Source of the DNA: Planctomycetota bacterium
GTDB taxonomy: Bacteria > Planctomycetota > PLA2 > JAEUHO01
Assembly: GCA_050248855.1 (NCBI GenBank)
Contig: JBFWRP010000005.1
Span: 64,001 to 128,000, forward strand
DNA length: 64,000 nucleotides
Direction of reading: 5' to 3'
The translations under genes were made by a program, and so were the position numbers. Below the pieces are notes generated by a model. That model saw only the letters and a program-made list of their open reading frames with translations. It was not told the origin of the DNA and searched no databases. Below, piece by piece: positions 30,167 through 38,063 of this stretch (positions are counted from its first letter, which is position 1; every line of letters starts with the position of its first letter).

Positions 30167-31549
30167 TCATCTCGCGCGGATCTTCTCCAACGCGCGCTTG
30201 GCGTTCTTGGAGCCCTGCCGGGCGAGGGCCTCGAGCGCCGGGACAGCCTCTTCGGCAGCTGGGCCGATCTGTCCGAGTGCGCCCATGGCCACCGCTCGGA
30301 TCTCTGCGATCTCGTCATCCAGGGCCTTGACGAGCGCCGGAACGGCTTCCGCCCCGTCAGGGCCCGCTTCGCCGATTCCACACAGTGCGTAGAGCTGGAT
30401 CACTGGGTCACCGCGTTCGAGCAGCGGAATCAGCGCCTTGACACCACCGGACTTGATCTTCCCCAACCGCATCGCCGCCTGGATTCGCAGGCGTCCCTCC
30501 GTGTCCTCGTCCTGGATGGTTGCCACCAGCTCGTCCAGGAGCTGTTGGGAGACGGCGGTGTCGGCACCTCGCTCGCCATCGCCTTCGCTGGCCGGACGCA
30601 GCGTGAGATCGACCGTGGCTTTCTCCCCCTGCGTCTGCACCGAGACCGGCCCGGCCCACGCAGAGCTCAGGAACTCGTCACTGTAGGCACGCACGTGATA
30701 GGCCCGGCCAAGGCCCAGCCCGTCGATGGCGAAGCGACCCTTCCCGTCCGTAACCTGCGCGTCGAGGTAGGTGTGCTCGCTTGCCGAGCCGGGCGAGGCG
30801 GAGCGAGGATCTTCCTTCAACACGGGAGTGCCGTCCGCGATCACGTAGACGTTCGCCCCCATCACCGGCTTGCCATCCGGATCGAAGACCCTGCCGCGGA
30901 CCCGGCCGCCGGCAGCCAGGCGAAACTCCAGCGGCTGGGGAGCCACGCGTCCCTTGTCGGCTCGCACGGCGATTCGTCCTTGGGCGAATCCAGGCGCTCG
31001 CACGATTACCGTCGAGATGCCGTCGAGGGGAATCCCGGGGATCTGGAACCTGCCGTCCTCGCCCGTGGAGACGATCGCGAAGCTCGATCCGTTCGGCCTT
31101 GCCTCGCGCTGATCGTGAAACCGTCCTCCGGCCACAGCCTTCACCTGGGCGCGCCGCACCGGCGCGCCGGCTTCGTCGAGAACGACGCCGTCCAGCACCG
31201 TGCCGGGCGCGAGCGCGACGCGAAGGGGCCCCTGCACGTCGGCCAGCACGACGACCTCCACCTCGACGCCGACGTAGCCCCGCGCGGTCACCCGCAGGGC
31301 AAGGCTCTCCACCTCGAGGCCGCCGATCTCCGCGGTTCCCTGCTCGTCCGTCTGCCTGGGCCACTCCGTGGTGCCGCTCGGCGACTCGGACCGAGCGCGC
31401 ACGTCCGCTCCCGGGATCGCCTCGCCGGTGTCCTTGGCCTCGACGAGCACGGTCAGTGAGCGAGACGGGCCTGCTTCTGCAGATTGCCCGCCGAGCAGGA
31501 AGCTCGGCGCAGCGAGCACCAAGATGGCTACACGGGCGTGCCGGCTCAT
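30167..31549 (-). CDS. Exported protein with carboxypeptidase-regulatory-like repeats and C-terminal HEAT repeats
   Basis: GAGGAG RBS; signal peptide; three G.V.D..G.PV..A.V repeats; AVPALVKALDD...IRAVAMGALGQIG. Confidence 0.8.
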   Translation of the reverse strand: MSRHARVAILVLAAPSFLLGGQSAEAGPSRSLTVLVEAKDTGEAIPGADVRARSESPSGTTEWPRQTDEQGTAEIGGLEVESLALRVTARGYVGVEVEVVVLADVQGPLRVALAPGTVLDGVVLDEAGAPVRRAQVKAVAGGRFHDQREARPNGSSFAIVSTGEDGRFQIPGIPLDGISTVIVRAPGFAQGRIAVRADKGRVAPQPLEFRLAAGGRVRGRVFDPDGKPVMGANVYVIADGTPVLKEDPRSASPGSASEHTYLDAQVTDGKGRFAIDGLGLGRAYHVRAYSDEFLSSAWAGPVSVQTQGEKATVDLTLRPASEGDGERGADTAVSQQLLDELVATIQDEDTEGRLRIQAAMRLGKIKSGGVKALIPLLERGDPVIQLYALCGIGEAGPDGAEAVPALVKALDDEIAEIRAVAMGALGQIGPAAEEAVPALEALARQGSKNAKRALEKIRAR

Positions 31550-31790
31550 GGGCGCACTCTCCTCGGCATCGGCCCAAACGCACCATCCAGGGTACATGGC
31601 GCGCGAAGAGGACCCTGGCCGACGGCGACCAGCGCCTCCACCGGCCAGGAGGACTGCGGATCCAGGGCGCCGAACGGGGGGCGTTCATCCCAGGCTCTCG
31701 GCGGACCTGCGAGCCGTAGTCGGCCTCGCAGGCACGCCACGGGAGGGGGAGGCAGCACCCCGCCCCGCCTACGTCTCCCTGCCTCTGCAG

Positions 31791-32150
31791 TCAGGGCGCG
31801 AGTGTGACCGTCACCGTGGCGAGACCTACGACCGATTGATACCCCGGCAGCCGCTCGTCGATCTGCGAGTCCTGGTACCCGCTGCTAGGGAAGTACACGA
31901 GCTGCGGATCCAGCTCATCCAGCATGGAGGAGTCCGTGGCCACCCAACTATCTCCCTGACCCAAGTAGTCCGCGCTCGAGCTCTCCCAAACGACGATCTC
32001 GAGCGCGTAGCTGATGGCTCCGTCGACGGGGGCCACGGAGAACGCGTGTTTGATGCTGTTCCGACTCGTGCCCGTGGGACTCGGCGGCAGGTCCTTCACG
32101 TGGGTGAACTTCGGAACGTAGAAGAGCTCGATGTTGGGATCGTTGATGTT
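31791..32150 (-). pseudogene. 5'-truncated gene fragment cut at the repeat junction
   Basis: Coding-like frame NINDPNIELFYVPKFTHVKDLPP...TVTLAP* is open up to 32150; the next upstream codon is a TGA (32151-32153) inside the first right-hand repeat. Confidence 0.55.
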
Positions 32151-32334
32151 TCATGCGATTTGCCCGCACTCGGTACTCTCGCACTCGGTACTCTGCAGGA
32201 TCCCTGATCTCCTCCGTGAGGGACCGCAGGCGGATCACGCTAGTTCATGGGATTTGCCCGCACTCGGTACTCCTCGGTACCCCCGCTCGGTACCCCCGCG
32301 CTAGTGCATGGGACTTTGCCCGCACTCGGTACTC
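32150..32334 (+). repeat. Stuttered cluster of the island-end motif
   Basis: Three long copies (32150-32178, 32238-32272, 32299-32334), a partial CGCACTCGGTACTC (32180-32193) and CTCGGTACCCCCG x2 (32273-32298); six CTCGGTAC cores in total. Confidence 0.92.
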
Positions 32335-32426
32335 CCGCGCCCAACTCGGCGAGGGTCTGGTACGGACCGAGGTGCGCTCCCTGCATCGGCACAGGCTACC
32401 GGCTACAAAGTGTGTCGCTGCGGTAC

Positions 32427-32816
32427 TCAGGAGCTAGGCCGCCTGAAGCCCTTCGGGTCAGACAGATAGGCGTCGAGATCGGGATCCTCCGCGGCAGGAT
32501 CCGAGTGGTCGATGACCTCGAAGGCGGCACCCAGTTCGTCACGGATCAACGCGAGCAGCGCCTGCGCCGCCGCATTGAACCGATCACACTCTACCTGTCG
32601 CCACGGCCCCGGGTCGGGCGGGTAGTCCCAGTTGAGAGACTTGTCATGCCAAGCGGCTAGGTCGGAGCACGCGTCCAGAGTTGCTTGCGAGAGCGGTAGA
32701 GGGCAAGGGTCGAAGCAGTCGTAGGGCCCGAAGTCGAAGTCTCGAAACGCAGCGTCATTGAAGGGCCAGAGGCAGCCGCCTTGCCACTCCACGAAGAAGC
32801 TGATCACGTACGTCAC
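32427..32816 (-). CDS. Small hypothetical protein
   Basis: FFVEWQGGCLW...LPLS...WHDKSLNWDYPPDPGPW...FNAAA; TAGCAT 7 nt before GTG 32816 (ATG 32825 is an alternative start). Confidence 0.65.
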   Translation of the reverse strand: MTYVISFFVEWQGGCLWPFNDAAFRDFDFGPYDCFDPCPLPLSQATLDACSDLAAWHDKSLNWDYPPDPGPWRQVECDRFNAAAQALLALIRDELGAAFEVIDHSDPAAEDPDLDAYLSDPKGFRRPSS

Positions 32817-32938
32817 GATCGACATGCTACGTGGCCGAGGGTGCGGCTTCGTGGCAGGAGGATCGACGCACGGAGACCGAACGCCGACTATGGCCGAGCG
32901 GGGAGCCAACTCCCCCGCCATCGCTCCCCATCCAGCGC

Positions 32939-33008
32939 AAGCGCGGAATGACCTACATGACGTGTACACAAGGGATGGATCCCCGGGTCGGATTTGAACC
33001 GACGACCC
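32939..33008. repeat. Degenerate direct repeat of the tRNA-Thr 3' end plus flank (att-like)
   Basis: 32976-33008 matches tRNA 33121-33153 at 32/33. The flank 32939-32975 matches 33084-33120 at 27/37 with no gaps (145-bp offset). Confidence 0.88.
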
Positions 33009-33120
33009 ACGGGGGGTTTGGAAGGGGGGTACGTAGTACCCCACTTGCCGGAGCGGCGCAGCCGCGACGAACAGTCCGCGCGGAAGCGCGGAACCATCTA
33101 CTTCACATGCACGCAAGGAG

Positions 33121-33195
33121 TGGAGCCCCGGGTCGGATTTGAACCGACGACCCCAGCTTTACGAAAGCTGTGCTCTACCACTGAGCTACCAGGGC
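33121..33195 (-). tRNA. tRNA-Thr (anticodon CGT), CCA encoded
   Basis: GCCCTGG-TAGCTCAGTGGTAGAGC-A-CAGCT-TTCGTAA-AGCTG-GGGTC-GTCGG-TTCAAAT-CCGAC-CCGGGGC-TCCA folds into a full cloverleaf. Confidence 0.97.
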
Positions 33196-33277
33196 GTGGA
33201 ATCGGACAGGGGGAAGAACGTAGTCGCTGGCGGGCCGGAGGCCAAGCCGTGTCACGGGCCGTGGGTGAGGCGCGCGA

Positions 33278-33478
33278 TCAGCGGGAGAGGAACTCCTTGC
33301 TGCGGACGCGAACGCTGCGGGCGCCGGATGTCTTGGTCGTGGCGCCGCGGTTCTTGTCGGCCAGGACACGACGCAGCTTCTTCTCCCAGACGACCTGGAC
33401 GCACTCGCCCACGTACGGGCAGTCCTTCGTGCGGCACACGTAGGTCTCGGAGCCGAAGCAGTCCTTCTTCTTGGCCAT
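33278..33478 (-). CDS. Small basic 4-Cys protein (possible metal-binding)
   Basis: GGGAG RBS; CFGSETYVCRTKDCPYVGEC (C-x8-C-x4-C-x5-C); Lys/Arg-rich tail; TACGCT upstream. Confidence 0.65.
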   Translation of the reverse strand: MAKKKDCFGSETYVCRTKDCPYVGECVQVVWEKKLRRVLADKNRGATTKTSGARSVRVRSKEFLSR

Positions 33479-33662
33479 GCGTCTCCCTCGTGGGCCCCGC
33501 AGCGTACCGCGGGCCGCAGCGCCCCCTCAAGGCCCTGCGATGCCCCCCTCGCTCCCACAGGATCGGCAAGATCCCCGGGGGCCTGAAAGCCCGTTCCTGG
33601 GGCGTCAGGGCCTTGTCAGTCGCGCGTGCGGGGCTGGGCGAACGGCGCGCTACGCTGCCGCC

Positions 33663-34061
33663 ATGGCCCCCACCCCCGAGCCGCCCGTCCCCCGCATCGG
33701 CCACGACCTCGTGGACGTCTCCCGCTTCCAGGGCCTCGTGGAGGCCCGCCCGGAGCGCTACGAGGCTCGCGTGTTCACGCCCGGCGAGTGGGCCCATGCC
33801 GCAGGCCGTCCGGACCGCTGGGCGGCCCTGGCCGGCCGCTTCGCCGCCAAGGAGGCCACCTTCAAGGTGCTCGGCACCGGCTGGGGCCAGGGCGTGGCCT
33901 GGACCGACGTGGAGGTCGTGGGCGGCGGTCGCACGGCGCCCTCGCTCAAGCTGTCGGGCGAGGCCGAGCGGGTGGCGATGCGGTTGGGCCTCACGCTGTG
34001 CCTCTCGATCTCGCACACCGACGCGCTGGCCTCGGCCGTCGTCTACGGCTACCCGGCCTGA
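33663..34061 (+). CDS. acpS: Holo-[acyl-carrier-protein] synthase
   Basis: IGHDLV, VFTPGE, LAGRFAAKEA.FK.LGTG, LSISH motifs. Confidence 0.93.
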   Translation: MAPTPEPPVPRIGHDLVDVSRFQGLVEARPERYEARVFTPGEWAHAAGRPDRWAALAGRFAAKEATFKVLGTGWGQGVAWTDVEVVGGGRTAPSLKLSGEAERVAMRLGLTLCLSISHTDALASAVVYGYPA

Positions 34062-34080
34062 GCGGCCCTCCCGCCGGGCC

Positions 34081-34115
34081 AAAAAACAAGCGAGGCGTCC
34101 CGAAGGACGCCTCGC
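34081..34115 (-). terminator. Intrinsic terminator of the HEAT-repeat gene
   Basis: 11-bp stem GCGAGGCGTCC, TTCG loop on the minus strand, followed by TTGTTTTTT. Confidence 0.85.
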
Positions 34116-34141
34116 AATCGATCGGAGCCGGTCGGCTCGCG

Positions 34142-36322
34142 CTACTCGGCCTTGGCGGCCACCTGGAGGCGGTGACGGCGGAAGACCTCGAGGCGCTGAC
34201 CGGGCGTCAGGTTGCGCACCTGGCCGAGGGCCTTCAAGGCCGTGGCACCCAGGTCGCCCTCGGCGCCGGCCGCTTCCATGAGGGCTGCGATCTGCGCCTC
34301 GGAGCCGTCGAGCACCGAAAGCACGTTGCCGAGCGCCTCCGCGGCGAGCAGCTTCATCGCGTCATCGCCCTCGGTCAGGGCCTGCGTGAGGGCATCCGCA
34401 CCACCAGCGCGAAGGTTGCCCAGCGCCTTGACGGCGGCCTGCTTGATCTCGTCCGTCGGACCCGAGGTCACGGCCGAAGCCAGCGGACCGACGGCGCTCG
34501 ACAGGTCGAACACGTTGCAGCCCGTGTCGGTACCGGCGAACGCCAGGGCGGCCTTGGCAGCCGTCGCGTTGGCGCGCTCGCGGTCCGGACCCAGGTCGCC
34601 GGCCTCGGCAGCCGCACCGACCTCGCTCGCCACGACGGCCTCGACAAGCGGAGCCTCGATGAAGGCCGCGACCTTGTCGCCGTACTTGTTGGCAAGGAAC
34701 TCCTTGGTGGCCGCGTTCTTGGCCTCGCTGCCCTCGTCGAGGAGGACGACGATGCGCATGTCCTTGGTGCGCGCGTCACGCGTGAGCTCGTCGATGACCA
34801 TGAGCGAGCTGTCGAGCCGCTTGGAGGGCATCGTGTGGCCGCTCTCGCCGAGGTTGGCGCGGACCACCACGACGTCGAGCGTCGGGGCCGTCTTGGCGCG
34901 GTTGGCGCCGATGAAGCCCTGGTGCTCACCGCCCGTCACGAAGCCGGCGGCCTCGAGCGCCATCACGGCCTTGTTGCGGGTGGCATCCACGTCGTCGATC
35001 ACCAGCACCTGGCGGATCGCGCCGCTGGCCGCAGCCTGCGAAGCGAGCGCCGCGACCTTGTCGGCGTTCGGGAAGCCCTGCGTGGGGCTCATGTGAAGCG
35101 CAGCGATCGCCGCGGCAAAGCGGACGCGCTGCTCGGCGCTGTCGAGCGCGGCACCGATCGGATGACCGGCCAAGCTCTCCTGCCCGTACGTGGCGGCCAC
35201 GAGGTCCAAGGCTCCGACGGCGACGTCCCAGTCCTGCGTCTCGAGGCTGTCGGCGAGTGCGTCGCTGGCGGCCTGGAAGCCGAGGCCCTTGGCGAGCGTC
35301 ATGGCGCCGGCCAAGCTCTCGGGAGCCTCCTCGCCACGGGCGGCGAGACCATCAGCCTCGGCGCGCTGGCGAAGGATGGAGCGGACCAGCAGCGAAGCGG
35401 CACCGCGGTGCGAGGCGTCGAGCGCAAGCGCATCCGCCGCGCACTCCTCGGCCATCTGCGCGCCGAAGAGCCACGCCGGCACCTCGTACCGCTCGAGGCT
35501 GCCGTCGTTCCAGCGCCAGACGTCCATCGTGTCGGCGAAGGCGCGCACGGTACCCGGCTCGCGGCTGTAGTAGCGGTTGCCGAGCGCGACGTAGGCGTCG
35601 GCTGCACTGCCCTTGGCGCCGCCCATGGCGACGAGGGCTGCCTCGGCCTTGGCGCGGACGTTCTCGTCCTCGTCGCCCAATGCGCGCTGGAGGGCCGGAC
35701 GCGCGCGCTCGTCACCGATGTGGCCGAGCACGGCTGCCGCGAACGCGCGGACGCGGGCGTTGTCGGACTCGAGCGCCTCGACAAGCGGCAGCGTGCCGTC
35801 GCTGTAGATCTCGCGCAGCGCGATGATCGCGTTGGTGATGGTGGTGCTCTCCTCGCTGGCCAGGTGACCGACCAGGTAGGGCACGGCACGCGCACCGGCG
35901 CGACGCAGCGAGAGGGCAGCCGCACGACGCTCGGCGAAGTCCGAGCTCTCGACGGCCTTGCTGACCGCGTCGCGGATCGCGTCCTCGTCGTTCATCCGCT
36001 CCTGCTCGACCGGCTGGGACTGGCGGAGCAGGTACTTGATGAGCCGCTCGTGGTCGCCGCCCTTGGCCATGGCGTTGAGCAACAGCGACTGCTCGACGTC
36101 GCGGATGACGTTGTAGACCTCCTCCTGCTCCGGGTTGCCGGCGACGTACGCGCGCAGCTTCTCCAGCGCCTCCTCGGCGCGGCCAGCTGCGTAGTCGTCG
36201 AGCGCGGAGCGGAGGTCGTCACCCTCGGCGCAGGCCGTCTGCGGCATCAAGCCGCCGGCACAGAACGCGAAGAAGACGGCGACCGCGAGACCGTGAACGA
36301 CACGAAGGCGGGTTGCCTTCAT
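34142..36322 (-). CDS. Exported HEAT-repeat protein with an internal receiver-like domain
   Basis: Signal peptide; HEAT repeats (LVEALESDNARVRAFAAAVLG, LQRALGDEDENVR); QVLVIDD...ALEAAGF...DVVVV...DARTKDMRIVVL. Confidence 0.8.
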   Translation of the reverse strand: MKATRLRVVHGLAVAVFFAFCAGGLMPQTACAEGDDLRSALDDYAAGRAEEALEKLRAYVAGNPEQEEVYNVIRDVEQSLLLNAMAKGGDHERLIKYLLRQSQPVEQERMNDEDAIRDAVSKAVESSDFAERRAAALSLRRAGARAVPYLVGHLASEESTTITNAIIALREIYSDGTLPLVEALESDNARVRAFAAAVLGHIGDERARPALQRALGDEDENVRAKAEAALVAMGGAKGSAADAYVALGNRYYSREPGTVRAFADTMDVWRWNDGSLERYEVPAWLFGAQMAEECAADALALDASHRGAASLLVRSILRQRAEADGLAARGEEAPESLAGAMTLAKGLGFQAASDALADSLETQDWDVAVGALDLVAATYGQESLAGHPIGAALDSAEQRVRFAAAIAALHMSPTQGFPNADKVAALASQAAASGAIRQVLVIDDVDATRNKAVMALEAAGFVTGGEHQGFIGANRAKTAPTLDVVVVRANLGESGHTMPSKRLDSSLMVIDELTRDARTKDMRIVVLLDEGSEAKNAATKEFLANKYGDKVAAFIEAPLVEAVVASEVGAAAEAGDLGPDRERANATAAKAALAFAGTDTGCNVFDLSSAVGPLASAVTSGPTDEIKQAAVKALGNLRAGGADALTQALTEGDDAMKLLAAEALGNVLSVLDGSEAQIAALMEAAGAEGDLGATALKALGQVRNLTPGQRLEVFRRHRLQVAAKAE

Positions 36323-36435
36323 GGATGCCCTCCCTTCGGCGCCCGGTCTTGACGGAACGTCCCTCCACGCCCCGAGCGACCACACGCCTGCAAAACGGCA
36401 GGGATCCCGCGACGAGCGGGCCCTGCCGTGGCGGG

Positions 36436-36465
36436 AGTGTACGGGGTCGCTCCAAAGCGTGTCAA
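36436..36465 (-). promoter_or_regulatory. Sigma-70-type promoter for the HEAT-repeat gene
   Basis: TTGACA (36465-36460), 18-nt spacer, TACACT (36441-36436). Confidence 0.75.
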
Positions 36466-36515
36466 GATCGGCTCCCCGGAGACGGGCGATCGCTAGATGT
36501 CGAATTGGCAACAAG

Positions 36516-38030
36516 TTAGGTCGTTTCGGGCGAGTTCGTGGCGCTGCCCTCGGAGCGCTTTCCGCGGGAAAGCAACGGCGACAGCGCCCAGGCCACGGCC
36601 AGGGTGACCACGAGACCCAGCGGCGCCTTCCAGATCCCGCTCACGGCCGCGCGGTCGAACCAGCTCGGGGCCGCGCCCCAGATGCGCCCGAGCCACGTCG
36701 CCGCGGCGAAGCCGGCGGCCACCCCCACGAGGACGGCCGGCTCGGGGGGGCGGCGGCGTGGCAGCGCCAAGAGGAAGAGCCCGAGCGCCGGCCCGCTGAA
36801 GAGGGACAACCAGCCGACCAGCTCCTGGAAGACCGTCTCCCCGCGGGCGGAGCCCACCAGCAGCAGGGCCCCACCCGTCGCGAGCAGCCCGTAGGCAAGC
36901 ACCAGGAGGCGGGCCCAGCGCAGCCGCTCCCGGTCGGCGTAGGGCTTGCCCCGCACGGCCTCGATCCCGTCCACGAGGGTGCAGGTGGCCAGGGCGTGGA
37001 CGGCGCTGTCCACGCTGGACATCGCCGCCGCGAAGATCGCCGCCGCCATGACGCCGCCCAGGCCCAGCGGCGCGTGATGGACGAGCCACGTCAAGAGCTC
37101 GCGGTCGGGCGGGGCGTAGCCGGCGCCTTCGCGGGCGAAGAGGGCAGCGCCGAGGAACACGGCCAGCGCCCCCACCACCGCCCCGAGGCCCCAAGCCCCG
37201 AGGACCGCGCGGCGGGCGGAGGCCGCATCGCGGCACGCGGCGTACCGCTGGACCATCTGCTGGTTGGTGCCGCCCACGTAGAGCAGGGGGACGGCGTAGG
37301 CGAGGGAGCCGCTGAGCAGCGTGGGCCACGCCCCCAACGAGACCGACAGGTCCACGGGCGGCCGCCCCACGGCGCCCGTGTTGCTGGCGAGCACGGCGCC
37401 GAGACCGCCAGGCAGCCCGTCGAGCAACAGCCACGCGGCTCCGCCCAAGCCGACGATGACGAGGCCCAGCTGGACCACGTCCGTCCAGACCACGGCGCCC
37501 AGCCCGCCGATCGCGCTGTACGTCATCGCGATCAGGCCGACCAGGAGGATCGAGGAGGCCAGGGGCAGCCCGCTGAAGACCTCCACGGCACGCGCGGTGA
37601 GGAGCAGCAGCATCGAGGACCGCAGCCAGGTGAACAGCACGAAGAGCAAGCTGGCCAGGCTGCGCGAGGCACGGCCCAGACGTTGCTCCAAGAGCTCGTA
37701 CGCCGTGGTCACGCCGGCCTTGCGGTAGGCGGGTACGAAGATCACCACCACGAGGGCGGCCGCGATGAGCTCGCCGGCCCACAGCTGGAGGTAGCCGAAC
37801 CCGCGCAGGTAGCCTTCGCTGGGCAAGCTCACCAGCGAGATCGAGGAGAACGAGGTCGCCAGCAGGCTCGCCGCCACGACCCAGCCCGGCAGCCGGCCGC
37901 CGGCCAGCAGGAACTCCGAGCTGGAGCGCTCGCGGCGCTGCGCACGCCAGGCGACGAAGACCACGACGCCGCCGTACAGGCCGACGATGGCCCAGTCGAG
38001 CCAAGCGAGCAGGGCGAGGGGAGTAACCAC
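36516..38030 (-). CDS. Sodium:solute symporter (SSS) family transporter
   Basis: EFLLAGG.LP, TAYELLEQRLG, GGLGAVVWTDVVQ, QQMVQRY, AAAMSSVDS; about 13 TMs. Confidence 0.92.
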   Translation of the reverse strand: MVTPLALLAWLDWAIVGLYGGVVVFVAWRAQRRERSSSEFLLAGGRLPGWVVAASLLATSFSSISLVSLPSEGYLRGFGYLQLWAGELIAAALVVVIFVPAYRKAGVTTAYELLEQRLGRASRSLASLLFVLFTWLRSSMLLLLTARAVEVFSGLPLASSILLVGLIAMTYSAIGGLGAVVWTDVVQLGLVIVGLGGAAWLLLDGLPGGLGAVLASNTGAVGRPPVDLSVSLGAWPTLLSGSLAYAVPLLYVGGTNQQMVQRYAACRDAASARRAVLGAWGLGAVVGALAVFLGAALFAREGAGYAPPDRELLTWLVHHAPLGLGGVMAAAIFAAAMSSVDSAVHALATCTLVDGIEAVRGKPYADRERLRWARLLVLAYGLLATGGALLLVGSARGETVFQELVGWLSLFSGPALGLFLLALPRRRPPEPAVLVGVAAGFAAATWLGRIWGAAPSWFDRAAVSGIWKAPLGLVVTLAVAWALSPLLSRGKRSEGSATNSPETT

Positions 38031-38063
38031 GGGCGGAACCTACGCGCCGCCCCCGACGGCGCG

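Larger units (their letters stand above)
15109..33153. mobile_element. Putative tRNA-Thr-adjacent accessory island bracketed by inverted 24-bp motifs (no intact recombinase seen)
   Basis: Inverted motif copies at 15109-15132 and 32152-32334; truncated ORFs at both inner junctions; duplicated tRNA 3' end at 32976-33008; only accessory-type and paralogous genes inside. Confidence 0.55.

Noticed and set aside
15274..32150. Integron cassette array
   Set aside because: No attC-like RYYYAAC...GTTRRRY sites were recognised between genes, there is no intI, and two genes are in the opposite orientation.
32150..32334. CRISPR array
   Set aside because: Repeat lengths and spacing are irregular, there is only one real spacer, partial copies are nested, and no cas genes are present.
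32976..33050. Second tRNA gene
   Set aside because: Only the T-arm and acceptor 3' strand are present; there is no D-arm or anticodon arm.
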